This document shows, piece after piece, positions 1-8,773 of a DNA stretch of 61,994 bases (its first letter is position 1; each line of letters begins with the position of its first letter). The notes below the pieces were generated by a model. That model did not search any database. It saw only the letters and a list, made by a program, of their open reading frames with translations, and was not told the DNA's origin. The position numbers and the translations under genes were made by a program. Origin of the DNA: Chitinophagales bacterium. GTDB taxonomy: Bacteria > Bacteroidota > Bacteroidia > Chitinophagales > JADIYW01. The DNA is taken from contig DAORIK010000002.1 of the NCBI GenBank assembly GCA_035438465.1, forward strand, positions 1 through 61,994, written 5' to 3'.

Positions 1-336
1 CTTTTATATCTGTTAGATGGTCAAGACTTAGCATTCCAATTAACCAATAATAAATCCATTTTTCTTTCTTTTATTTCAGAGATTGAATTATTAGGTTTCA
101 AAAAATTAACTGTAAAAGAAGAAAAGCAAATTAGAAACCTCTTGAATGATAATATTATTATCGACATCAATGCACCTATAAAGCAAATTGCAATTGACTT
201 GCGTAAGAAGTATGCGCTAAAAATCCCTGATTTAATTATCGCTGCAACAAGTGTTTATTTAGATTTACCGTTAATATCTGCTGATGCTGCATTTAAAAAC
301 ATTGAAGATATCAACTTTATTCAATACATCCATTAA
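1..336 (+). CDS. PIN-domain (VapC-like) toxin/ribonuclease, 5' end truncated by the window edge
   Basis: The frame of ORF 142..336 is open back to base 1 (LLYLLDGQ...SFISEIELLGF...LRKKYALKIPDLIIAATS...LISAD). This carries the PIN acidic motifs E-IE-L, PD-IIAA and S/T-D. Confidence 0.8.
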   Translation, partial: LLYLLDGQDLAFQLTNNKSIFLSFISEIELLGFKKLTVKEEKQIRNLLNDNIIIDINAPIKQIAIDLRKKYALKIPDLIIAATSVYLDLPLISADAAFKNIEDINFIQYIH

Positions 337-903
337 ATGCAACTCAAAATAGCCTCCATTACCAACTTAACGGATGCCCGTTTTTTCAGCGCCATTGGAG
401 CACATTATTTAGGCTTTTGTTTTGATGCCTTAAATGAAAAGAATATCAGTATAACAAAGGCAAAAGAAATTGTTCAATGGCTTCACGAGCCTGTAATTGT
501 TGGAGAATTTGGCAGCCATCAGAGCAAAGAAGAAATAGAGTTTATTGCGCAAGAAATGAAATTAGATGAAATACAGATTCCGTTATCGCATGGACAAAAA
601 GATGAATTACCCTTTGAAAAGTTCTTAATGTTAGACAAAATACAGTCAATAAACGGCAGTCGAGATACGACAGATTTTTTCGTTATCAAAATAGATGAAA
701 GTAATTTAGCAGATGCATCATTAAAGACTTTCATCTCTAACAATAAAGTTTTCATTGAAGTTGATTTTAATAAAGAAAATATTTTATCCTTTACTGAAAT
801 ACTGAAACCTTACGGAATACAAATCACCTGTAAGAAAGAAGAAAAAACGGGCTTCAGCTTTGTAGACGAATACGCAGAACTGTTAGACAGCATTGGGTTT
901 TAA
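337..903 (+). CDS. TrpF-like (phosphoribosylanthranilate isomerase fold) protein, divergent
   Basis: N-terminus LKIASITNLTDARFFSAIGAHYLGF resembles TrpF KICG.T...DA....G.D.LGF; catalytic Cys absent; no trp operon context. Confidence 0.65.
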   Translation: MQLKIASITNLTDARFFSAIGAHYLGFCFDALNEKNISITKAKEIVQWLHEPVIVGEFGSHQSKEEIEFIAQEMKLDEIQIPLSHGQKDELPFEKFLMLDKIQSINGSRDTTDFFVIKIDESNLADASLKTFISNNKVFIEVDFNKENILSFTEILKPYGIQITCKKEEKTGFSFVDEYAELLDSIGF

Positions 904-936
904 TTACACAGATTCCATATTGAATTAGGAATGATG

Positions 937-1584
937 TTAATGTAAACGAAAACACAAATATTTTATCGTTCGATGATTGTTCAGATGCATTTTCTCATAG
1001 TACGTTTGAATACCATATAACTCATCATTTTTATTCATGGCATAAACATCCTTATAATCTTTTAAAATTTCAGACGGAAAATCATGCAGCATTTCTTTGG
1101 TAAAATTATAGAGTAAATCACTATCCGTTTTTACATGTATCAATCCACCCTGTTTTAAAATATATTTATAGATTGATAAAAACTTCTTAGATGTTAATCG
1201 TTTTTTTGCATCACCCTCTCGTGGATAAGGATCAGAAAATGTAATCCAGATTTCTTCTACTTCCTCTTTTTCAAAATAATCGCAGAGGTGATCAATCTGG
1301 TCTCTGATAAAACCAACATTTTGTAATTTTTCAATATCGGCAATACGCGCTGCACTCCAGATTCTGTTGCCTTTTATATCCACTCCAATAAAATTCTTAT
1401 CCGGAAATAATTTAGCCATGCCAAGTGTGTAATCACCTTTCCCACAAGCTAATTCTATAATAATTGGGTGCGTGTTCTTAAAAAAGGCTGCCTTCCATTT
1501 CCCTTTCAAAACAGGATTTTTTTCCAGCACAATTGGATTATTCGCCAACTCCGCAAATTTTTGCAATTTAGATTTAGAAGCCAC
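937..1584 (-). CDS. trmB: tRNA (guanine-N7)-methyltransferase
   Basis: ELACGKG SAM motif, FIGVDIK, TFSDPYP, KTD motifs; GTG start. Confidence 0.93.
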   Translation of the reverse strand: MASKSKLQKFAELANNPIVLEKNPVLKGKWKAAFFKNTHPIIIELACGKGDYTLGMAKLFPDKNFIGVDIKGNRIWSAARIADIEKLQNVGFIRDQIDHLCDYFEKEEVEEIWITFSDPYPREGDAKKRLTSKKFLSIYKYILKQGGLIHVKTDSDLLYNFTKEMLHDFPSEILKDYKDVYAMNKNDELYGIQTYYEKMHLNNHRTIKYLCFRLH

Positions 1585-1598
1585 ACTGTTCTTTTGCG

Positions 1599-1606
1599 CA
1601 AAAATA
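1599..1606 (-). promoter_or_regulatory. Bacteroidota -7 promoter box (TATTTTTG) for trmB
   Basis: Matches TAnnTTTG, 14 nt upstream of the start codon. Confidence 0.55.
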
Positions 1607-1658
1607 CAAATCTTTCAGTTTCGTGAAAACTGAAAATTAAGAACGTTAAGTGTAAAAA

Positions 1659-1898
1659 TTAATGCGATTCGGTTAATTCTTGTTTTTTGGAGAAGGCGAG
1701 TATCCTTTGAATCACGGAACTATCAGGCACTTCACCATCGGCTTCATCTAAAGCATTTTTAGTTTCCTGCAATTGCTTGAATTCCTGTTGCAAATTCATA
1801 TCATTTGCTAATGCATGATTAATTGCAGATGCTTCGGAAGGGGTGGTTTCGTTGTAAAGATGTTTAACGAGAAGTTCGGGTGTAAAAGTTTGTTGCAT
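1659..1898 (-). CDS. Small hypothetical protein resembling an anti-sigma N-terminal helical domain
   Basis: 79 aa; L..HLYNET...E...I..AL..D..L..E...L pattern. Confidence 0.5.
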   Translation of the reverse strand: MQQTFTPELLVKHLYNETTPSEASAINHALANDMNLQQEFKQLQETKNALDEADGEVPDSSVIQRILAFSKKQELTESH

Positions 1899-1994
1899 AA
1901 AATTTATTTTATACTGTTAACGTAAGTTAAACATTATTATTTTATATGGCAACAATTTTTAATATAAATTCAAAGAGAAATTCCCTGAGAATAA

Positions 1995-2528
1995 CTAATC
2001 TCCACCTCCTGTGCCTTTGAAATAATCGTCTTTAAACCGGAAAAGCACATTAAAAGTTGTGAGACTTCCGTAAATTCTGGTAATATATTGCTGTAATTCA
2101 ACCTTTTCTGCATCAGAAATCTTTGATGCATTGATTTTTTGCTCCATCACCCGTAAACGGTCTCGTGTCATTACAATTTTGTGGAAAAATCCTTCAATCG
2201 GAACTTCTTTTGATTGTAAAGAGGTGTCTTTAGGCTGCATAATCAGACTGCCTCCTTCCCATTTTTCAGCAATTTTACAATCTTCAATAGGTTCTGTCAG
2301 CGGCTCAACAATGCTTTCGAGCACTTTCCTTATCTGGTCTAAAGAAACTGAATCTTTGTCCTTTTCTACCAGTTTAAGCACCACAAAGCCGTCAAAACTT
2401 TTTGAAATCTCTTTTTCACCTTGTTCCTGAAAGTAAACATTATAGGAATATTCGTCGCTGTCATCAATAATTACGCCTGTACCAAATTTTGGATGTTCCA
2501 CTTTTGTTCCGATAGAGAATGTTGTCAT
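1995..2528 (-). CDS. Conserved hypothetical protein: N-terminal Tudor/SH3-like V.HPKFG.G.I domain plus helical C-terminal domain
   Basis: GTKVEHPKFGTGVI resembles the PcrA/UvrD C-terminal Tudor-like motif; C-terminal FFHKIVM.RDRLRVMEQKIN...YITRIYGSLTTFNVLF block. Confidence 0.6.
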   Translation of the reverse strand: MTTFSIGTKVEHPKFGTGVIIDDSDEYSYNVYFQEQGEKEISKSFDGFVVLKLVEKDKDSVSLDQIRKVLESIVEPLTEPIEDCKIAEKWEGGSLIMQPKDTSLQSKEVPIEGFFHKIVMTRDRLRVMEQKINASKISDAEKVELQQYITRIYGSLTTFNVLFRFKDDYFKGTGGGD

Positions 2529-2748
2529 AAATAAATTTTAACGAAAATAGAAAAGCGAATCAATATTTCCAATCATTTTTACTATTTACGAATTCTAATC
2601 CAAAACGCCCGTATACTAATTATACAATCATTACACTTGTATAGTACATTGAAACTATATCATTGATTATCAAATAATTGTGATTAATTATTTAAAAATT
2701 TCGTCACAGCAGCGATTTATTTGAGTTGTAAGAAATTCGAATGTAATT

Positions 2749-2756
2749 TAACTTTG
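2749..2756 (+). promoter_or_regulatory. -7 promoter box (TAACTTTG) for the OmpA-domain gene
   Basis: TAnnTTTG match with TTG about 20 nt upstream. Confidence 0.55.
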
Positions 2757-2793
2757 AACTACATTTAATTAATGAACCAATTAAAAATTTATC

Positions 2794-4188
2794 ATGAAAA
2801 AGACAACAAGTTTTAAATCCGTACTTCTGGTAACAGTAATAGTGTTGCTGAGTACGCAAAAATCCGGTGCTCAATGGGGCACATTGGGTGACCGAATTGC
2901 TGATGGACTAAGTAATAAAGCACAGCAAAAGATTGAGAGTGAAATCAATAATGCAGCAGACAAGACGTATGACAAAACAAAACAAAAGACGAAAGAAAGT
3001 GTCAAGAACAGCGGCAACAACAGTTCCTCAAAATCTGCGAGTGCAAACTCTACTGCATCTAATTATAGTAATGATGACAATGGAAATTCTACTTCAAAAA
3101 ATACATCTTCATCTTCCGGCACATCATCCAATAGCAGCTTGAAAGCGTATGGAAAATTTGATTTTATTCCGGGCGAAAAAGTAATTGCAGAAGAAAATTT
3201 TTCACAAGATGCTATTGGTGATTTCCCTGCAAAATGGAACACGAACGGCACCGGTGAATTAGTAACTATTGACGGTCAGCAAGGAAAGTGGTTGAAATTT
3301 GGCCCGGAAAGTATAATTTATCCGGAGTTCATCACTAATCTTCCCGAGAATTTTACGGTAGAATTTATGCTCGCTTGCACTCAACCATTTAGTTATTACT
3401 CTACTTTTTTTAATTTCTTTTTTGCTCCATTGGCAAATCCTGCAAAAAACTATGTAAACTGGAAAAATTACGGTGGCAATAAAAACAACGGTGTAATTGT
3501 ATGGTTACATCCTGATGCAGCAGGCGGTGGAGCTCAGGGACAAAAAGGTATTACAACATTTGATGAGACAGGTAGTGAAATTATCCGCAACCAAACAGAT
3601 TTTCCGGAATTTAATTATGTAAACAAAAATGTAGTAAAAATATCTGTCTGGAGACAAAAACAAAGATTACGTGTGTATGTAAATGAAACGAAAATATGGG
3701 ACATTCCGAAAGCATTTAGTGCTTCTGCAAAATATAACTTCTTAGGATTTAGAGCAGATGGATATCATGAACAAGACAATGCGTATTTCATTAGCAATTT
3801 ACGTGTTGCGGTAGGTGCACCTGATACTCGCCATAAATTCTTAGAGTTAGGAAAATATTCTACTACAGGTATCAAGTTTGATGTAAACAGCGATAAAATT
3901 AAAGGTGAATCGTATGGTACACTAAAAGATTTTGCAGATGTATTGAAAGAGAATCCAGATGTAAAAGTAAAAATTGTAGGACATACCGACAGCGATGGTG
4001 ATGATGCAAGCAATATGGCTCTTTCTAAAAAACGTGCAGAATCTGTAAAAACAGCCTTAAACAAAGAGTTTGGTATTGATAACAGCAGAATGGAAACTGA
4101 AGGAAAGGGAGAAACACAGCCTGCTGAACCCAATACATCTGCTGAAGGAAAAGCAAACAACAGACGTGTTGAATTTATAAAAATATAG
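2794..4188 (+). CDS. Secreted OmpA_C-like (peptidoglycan-binding) domain protein
   Basis: Signal peptide cleaved before Gln (SGA|QW), Ser/Asn-rich linker, beta-rich middle domain, C-terminal GIKFDVNS...VGHTDSDG...LSKKRAESV...NRRVEF. Confidence 0.9.
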   Translation: MKKTTSFKSVLLVTVIVLLSTQKSGAQWGTLGDRIADGLSNKAQQKIESEINNAADKTYDKTKQKTKESVKNSGNNSSSKSASANSTASNYSNDDNGNSTSKNTSSSSGTSSNSSLKAYGKFDFIPGEKVIAEENFSQDAIGDFPAKWNTNGTGELVTIDGQQGKWLKFGPESIIYPEFITNLPENFTVEFMLACTQPFSYYSTFFNFFFAPLANPAKNYVNWKNYGGNKNNGVIVWLHPDAAGGGAQGQKGITTFDETGSEIIRNQTDFPEFNYVNKNVVKISVWRQKQRLRVYVNETKIWDIPKAFSASAKYNFLGFRADGYHEQDNAYFISNLRVAVGAPDTRHKFLELGKYSTTGIKFDVNSDKIKGESYGTLKDFADVLKENPDVKVKIVGHTDSDGDDASNMALSKKRAESVKTALNKEFGIDNSRMETEGKGETQPAEPNTSAEGKANNRRVEFIKI

Positions 4189-4222
4189 TAACTATCTCTT
4201 AAAAATAAAAAATCATAAAGTT

Positions 4223-4744
4223 ATGAAAAATCAAATTCTAAAATTAATGTTAGTAGTTACAGTGATTATATCAATAATCTCCTGTACTAAAGAAGGTCCT
4301 CAAGGACCAAAAGGTGACACAGGTGCGTCAGGCACCAACGGCACTAATGGTAATGCCAATGTACAATACACAGACTGGCTAAACTGTAATATCGCTAATG
4401 AGTTCTCAAGTGGTGGATTTTACTATAAACGCTATCTTTTTACAGGCGACCAAAACAGTTCAGACAGTACTGCAGCTATCCTAAAGTATATGCGTATCAT
4501 CTTCAATAATGGTGTTATTACTACAGGTTATCAAGTACCATTTGATTATAATAATATTTCTTATACAAGTTGGTACACCGGTGAATTTATTGCTAAAATG
4601 CCCACATCTACTTCAGATGCCGGCATTAATCGTTATCAAATAAGAATTGTAGTATTAAAAGGGAATGTTCACCTGAGATTAAGTAAACCTTTAAATCAAA
4701 TGTCTTATAACGAAATATGCAACATGTATCATATTCCGGAATAA
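4223..4744 (+). CDS. Lipoprotein with a short collagen-like Gly-X-Y run
   Basis: Lipobox IISC; GPQGPKGDTGASGTNGTNGNA = 7 triplets. Confidence 0.75.
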   Translation: MKNQILKLMLVVTVIISIISCTKEGPQGPKGDTGASGTNGTNGNANVQYTDWLNCNIANEFSSGGFYYKRYLFTGDQNSSDSTAAILKYMRIIFNNGVITTGYQVPFDYNNISYTSWYTGEFIAKMPTSTSDAGINRYQIRIVVLKGNVHLRLSKPLNQMSYNEICNMYHIPE

Positions 4745-4818
4745 CAATACTATTTAATCTGTAAATAAACATTTACTATTTCATCCTTCAATATTAATTG
4801 GTTCATTATGGATGATGG

Positions 4819-4847
4819 CCGTCTCGTTCAAAGCGAGACGGCTTTTA
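4819..4847 (+). terminator. Intrinsic terminator
   Basis: GCCGTCTCG / CGAGACGGC stem followed by TTTT. Confidence 0.75.
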
Positions 4848-4891
4848 AAAACAAAAACAATTATTATCTTTAAGTATAAAAAACTAAAAAC

Positions 4892-5392
4892 ATGAAAAAA
4901 CAAATTTTAGGATTAATTATTTTATTGGGTATTATTGTCTTTACTAATTCCTGCGGTAAAGACGATACCGGTACAACCTATAAGCAGCAAATTTCGTTGT
5001 TCGCCGACGGGGTATTTTTTTCTGTAACTACAGGTGGTACCGATGTAGTACAAGCAGATGCACACATTCGCGATGGAAATAAATTTCAATTAGATGCAAC
5101 AACGAGCACTAAAGATTTTTCTATCAACAATCAGACAGTACCTGGTACCGGCATCTACAATATGATAGGCGCAGGGAATGTACTTAATTTTGTGCAATGG
5201 GAGGATGGTCCTGATTTATTTAGTTCTCTTGGTACTACTAAATCACACCTTACGTTTAATATCACACGTGTGGCTGGCAACTCTTCAGATTATCTGAGAT
5301 ATGTGGAAGGAACTTTCTCTGGCGTAATATATAACACAACACAAACCGACTCAGTAAAGATTACAAGCGGACAAATAACTATTATAGAGTAA
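4892..5392 (+). CDS. Hypothetical beta-rich lipoprotein
   Basis: Lipobox TNSC; ends with the typical V.ITSGQI motif of small Bacteroidota lipoproteins. Confidence 0.7.
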   Translation: MKKQILGLIILLGIIVFTNSCGKDDTGTTYKQQISLFADGVFFSVTTGGTDVVQADAHIRDGNKFQLDATTSTKDFSINNQTVPGTGIYNMIGAGNVLNFVQWEDGPDLFSSLGTTKSHLTFNITRVAGNSSDYLRYVEGTFSGVIYNTTQTDSVKITSGQITIIE

Positions 5393-5407
5393 AATAACAA
5401 AAGATTT

Positions 5408-5439
5408 AAAACCGTCTTGTCTATTACAAGACGGTTTTT
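5408..5439. terminator. Bidirectional intrinsic terminator between convergent genes
   Basis: AAAACCGTCTTGT-ctatt-ACAAGACGGTTTT perfect 13-bp inverted repeat. Confidence 0.85.
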
Positions 5440-5443
5440 ATTT

Positions 5444-6214
5444 TTACAGAAAACTTATTTCCTTAAATCCAAACTTTTGAATGCCTGCCGATGTTTCTAA
5501 AATTAAATTTCCAATTTCATCAACATCAAAAATGCTGCCTTCAAAAATTTCTTCTCCTTTTTTATATTTTGAAATCAACTTATATCGAAATAAATTTTCG
5601 ATGTATTCTTTTTTCAACCGATCAAACTTTCGTTCTTTCAGTAATAAAAAATATTTTTCTATGGATACTAAAACAGTATCCAATATTATATTTTTGTCTG
5701 CCTCTTTTCCCAACAATGTTTTAAAACTTGTCGCATTTATTTCTTTGGGGAAATCTTCCTGATTCACATTTAATCCGATTCCAATTATTGAATATTTCAG
5801 GTTCATACCGGAAATTGTGTTTTCTATCAAAATACCAACAATCTTCTTGTTATCTGCATAAATATCATTCGGCCATTTAATTTGAATGGCAGAATTATTG
5901 AATGGTTGAATGATTGAATGAATTGCGTGAGATATTCCCAGCGAGATTGCCATATTGAGATAAAACTGCTCTGTGGCTCTCAGAAAAGAAGTATGGAAAA
6001 TAACACTGAACGTTAAGTTTTTGTTAGCATCCGCCAGCCATATAGTGCCTGATTGTCCACGTCCGGCAACTTGTTCGTCTGCTAAAATGACAGTTCCGTC
6101 AATTGGACTGCTTTTTGCAATGAAATCTTTAGCGTAATTATTAGTAGAATCTACTGAAGGCAGGTGCAAAAGGAACTTTCCGGTGAAAAAGGTGTTATTT
6201 ACTTTAATTTCCAA
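5444..6214 (-). CDS. birA: Biotin-[acetyl-CoA carboxylase] ligase (class I, no HTH)
   Basis: DSTN, Q.AGRGQ, KWPND, KIVGILIE, GIGLNVNQ motifs; TTG start. Confidence 0.95.
   Translation of the reverse strand: MEIKVNNTFFTGKFLLHLPSVDSTNNYAKDFIAKSSPIDGTVILADEQVAGRGQSGTIWLADANKNLTFSVIFHTSFLRATEQFYLNMAISLGISHAIHSIIQPFNNSAIQIKWPNDIYADNKKIVGILIENTISGMNLKYSIIGIGLNVNQEDFPKEINATSFKTLLGKEADKNIILDTVLVSIEKYFLLLKERKFDRLKKEYIENLFRYKLISKYKKGEEIFEGSIFDVDEIGNLILETSAGIQKFGFKEISFL
5897..5920. repeat. 3 x 8-mer (RTTGAATG) tandem tract in frame within birA
   Basis: ATTGAATG GTTGAATG ATTGAATG; encodes HSIIQPFN on the minus strand. Confidence 0.75.
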
Positions 6215-6221
6215 AATTTAG

Positions 6222-6229
6222 TAGCTTTG
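6222..6229 (+). promoter_or_regulatory. -7 promoter box (TAGCTTTG) for rsfS
   Basis: TAnnTTTG match 25 nt upstream of the start codon. Confidence 0.55.
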
Positions 6230-6254
6230 AGTGAAATTATAAATAATAAAGCAT

Positions 6255-6641
6255 TTGGAAAAAATAAAAGCAAAGAAAAAGACAAAAACAAGTATTTCTG
6301 CTACAGAACTAAATGATTTGGTAGTAGACTTGATACAGGATAAGAAAGGGAATGAAATTGTAAGCTTAGATTTACGACAGATTACAGAAGCAATTACCGA
6401 TTTTTTTGTGATTTGTCATGCAGCTTCAACTACACAAGTAAGGGCAATTCTTGACCACTTGGAAGTAGAAGTAAAAAATCAAGTTGGCATTAAACCTTTT
6501 CATCTCGAAGGACGTTCTAACGGTGAATGGTGCCTGATAGATTTTGGTGATGTGATTGTACATATTTTTCAGCAGGAAAAAAGAGAGTTTTATCAGCTGG
6601 AGGAATTATGGAGCGATGCGGTGGTGAAACACTATAACTGA
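6255..6641 (+). CDS. rsfS: Ribosome silencing factor
   Basis: DKKG.EIVSLDLR, DFFVIC, W.LIDFGDVIVHIF...REFYQLEELW. Confidence 0.95.
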   Translation: MEKIKAKKKTKTSISATELNDLVVDLIQDKKGNEIVSLDLRQITEAITDFFVICHAASTTQVRAILDHLEVEVKNQVGIKPFHLEGRSNGEWCLIDFGDVIVHIFQQEKREFYQLEELWSDAVVKHYN

Positions 6642-6732
6642 CAAAATAAAAATTAACAATTTATAAAGCTTAAAGCAAAAAATATTTTTTACATTATACT
6701 TCATTACTCAACAACTTAATTAATACAACATA

Positions 6733-8679
6733 ATGGATTTCTTACCGGAAAACGAAGAGCCGAAAAAAAAGAAAGGTGGATTCAACAGCTATTGGCTGTT
6801 TGCTATACTTATTATAGGATTACTTGCAACGCAATTCCTGTCTTTAAACTTTCAGATTAAACAAACAGACGAAGATTTCTTCTTCCTTAAATTAGTACCG
6901 TCAGGCGACGTGTCAAAAGTTACCATTGTCAACAAAGAACAAGTAGAAGTTTATATCAAATCAGATTCTTTAAAAGCAAAAAAACAATATGCTGATATCA
7001 AACTGACAAAACTGAAAACCGTTAACAAAGGACCTCATTATTCTTTTGAAGTAACTTCCATTGAATCTTTAAAACAAAAATTAGATGCCGCTCAGTCAAA
7101 TATTCCTTATGAAAACAGAATTAAAGTAACCAATGAGTATCGCAAAGGAATTTTTGATATTATCGGCTGGTTGCTGCCAATCATCTTACTAATTGGTGTA
7201 TGGATGTTCTTGATGCGCAGAGCAACCGGCGGCATGGGTGGTGCAGGTGGTCAAATTTTCAATATAGGGAAATCAAAAGCCAATCTGTACGATAAAGACA
7301 TGAAAGTAAATGTAACATTTGATGATGTTGCAGGATTAGACGAAGCAAAAGAAGAAGTAAAAGAAGTAGTGGATTTCTTAAAGAATCCGAAAAAATATAC
7401 CGCACTCGGTGCAAAAATACCGAAAGGTGTTTTGTTGGTGGGCCCTCCGGGAACCGGTAAAACATTATTGGCAAAAGCCATGGCAGGTGAAGCGCAAGTT
7501 CCATTCTTCTCCATTTCAGGTTCTGATTTCGTAGAAATGTTTGTGGGTGTGGGTGCATCCCGTGTACGTGATTTATTTAAACAAGCCAGAGAAAAAGCGC
7601 CTTGTATTATTTTCATAGATGAGATAGATGCGGTGGGTCGTGCGCGCGGAAAAAATATGATGCAAAGTAATGATGAGCGTGAAAGTACCTTAAACCAATT
7701 ATTGGTAGAAATGGATGGCTTTAGTGGCGACAAAGGAATTATTATGTTAGCGGCAACGAACAGACCTGATGTATTAGACTCAGCCTTATTGCGACCAGGT
7801 CGTTTCGACAGACAAATATCTATTGATAAACCGGATCAAAAAGGAAGAGAGCAGATTTTCAAAGTGCATTTGAAAAAACTGACTAAATTGGGTCCAAATG
7901 TTACACCTGAAAAATTAGCTTCCTTAACACCGGGTTTTGCCGGTGCAGAAATTGCCAATGTGTGTAATGAAGCCGCATTAGTGGCCGCACGTAAGGAAAA
8001 AACTCAGGTAGAAGTAGAAGATTTCAATGAAGCAGTTGACAGAAGTATTGGTGGTTTAGAAAAGAAAAACAAGATTATTTCTCCTCACGAAAAAGAAATT
8101 ATTGCCTACCACGAAGCTGGACATGCGATTTGCGGTTGGTATTTAGAACATGCGCATCCTTTGCTGAAGGTGACTATCATTCCACGTGGTATTGCGGCAC
8201 TTGGCTACGCACAATACTTACCGAAAGAGCAATACTTATACAGAACGGAACAACTCATGGATGAAATCTGTATGACACTGGGTGGTCGTGCAGCAGAAGA
8301 AATTGTGTTTGGTAAAATCTCTACCGGCGCACAAAACGATTTGCAACGCATTACACAATTAGCATATGCAATGGTAACAGTGTATGGTATGAATGAGAAA
8401 GTAGGAAATGTATCTTTTTACGATCCGCAACAAGACACCACATTTACCAAACCCTACTCGGATGATACTGCAAAAGTAATAGATGAGGAAGTTCGTAAAT
8501 TAATTGACAATGCCTATCAACGTACCATTCAATTATTGACAGAAAAACGTGAACAGTTAAATAAAATTGCAGAAGCATTATTAGCAAAAGAAATTTTATT
8601 CAAAGCAGATTTGGAAGAACTGATTGGCAAACGTTTATTTGATGAAGAGCCATTGCCGGTTGCTATTTCTATTGATTAA
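6733..8679 (+). CDS. ftsH: ATP-dependent zinc metalloprotease FtsH
   Basis: Two TM segments, GPPGTGKT Walker A, FIDEID Walker B, SRH, HEAGH zinc motif. Confidence 0.98.
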   Translation: MDFLPENEEPKKKKGGFNSYWLFAILIIGLLATQFLSLNFQIKQTDEDFFFLKLVPSGDVSKVTIVNKEQVEVYIKSDSLKAKKQYADIKLTKLKTVNKGPHYSFEVTSIESLKQKLDAAQSNIPYENRIKVTNEYRKGIFDIIGWLLPIILLIGVWMFLMRRATGGMGGAGGQIFNIGKSKANLYDKDMKVNVTFDDVAGLDEAKEEVKEVVDFLKNPKKYTALGAKIPKGVLLVGPPGTGKTLLAKAMAGEAQVPFFSISGSDFVEMFVGVGASRVRDLFKQAREKAPCIIFIDEIDAVGRARGKNMMQSNDERESTLNQLLVEMDGFSGDKGIIMLAATNRPDVLDSALLRPGRFDRQISIDKPDQKGREQIFKVHLKKLTKLGPNVTPEKLASLTPGFAGAEIANVCNEAALVAARKEKTQVEVEDFNEAVDRSIGGLEKKNKIISPHEKEIIAYHEAGHAICGWYLEHAHPLLKVTIIPRGIAALGYAQYLPKEQYLYRTEQLMDEICMTLGGRAAEEIVFGKISTGAQNDLQRITQLAYAMVTVYGMNEKVGNVSFYDPQQDTTFTKPYSDDTAKVIDEEVRKLIDNAYQRTIQLLTEKREQLNKIAEALLAKEILFKADLEELIGKRLFDEEPLPVAISID

Positions 8680-8701
8680 TTTTTCTCAAAAGATATTTAG
8701 T

Positions 8702-8732
8702 AAAGTCCCTTGTTTTCATGGGACTTTTTTTT
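8702..8732 (+). terminator. Intrinsic terminator after ftsH
   Basis: AAAGTCCC / GGGACTTT stem followed by a long T run. Confidence 0.8.
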
Positions 8733-8773
8733 GTGTTATAGATTTCTTTATATTTAACCCCACAAAAATAAAT

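Noticed and set aside
8624-8773. N-terminal extension of the helical protein
   Set aside because: It overlaps the ftsH 3' end and terminator; the ATG at 8774 has a typical A-rich leader.
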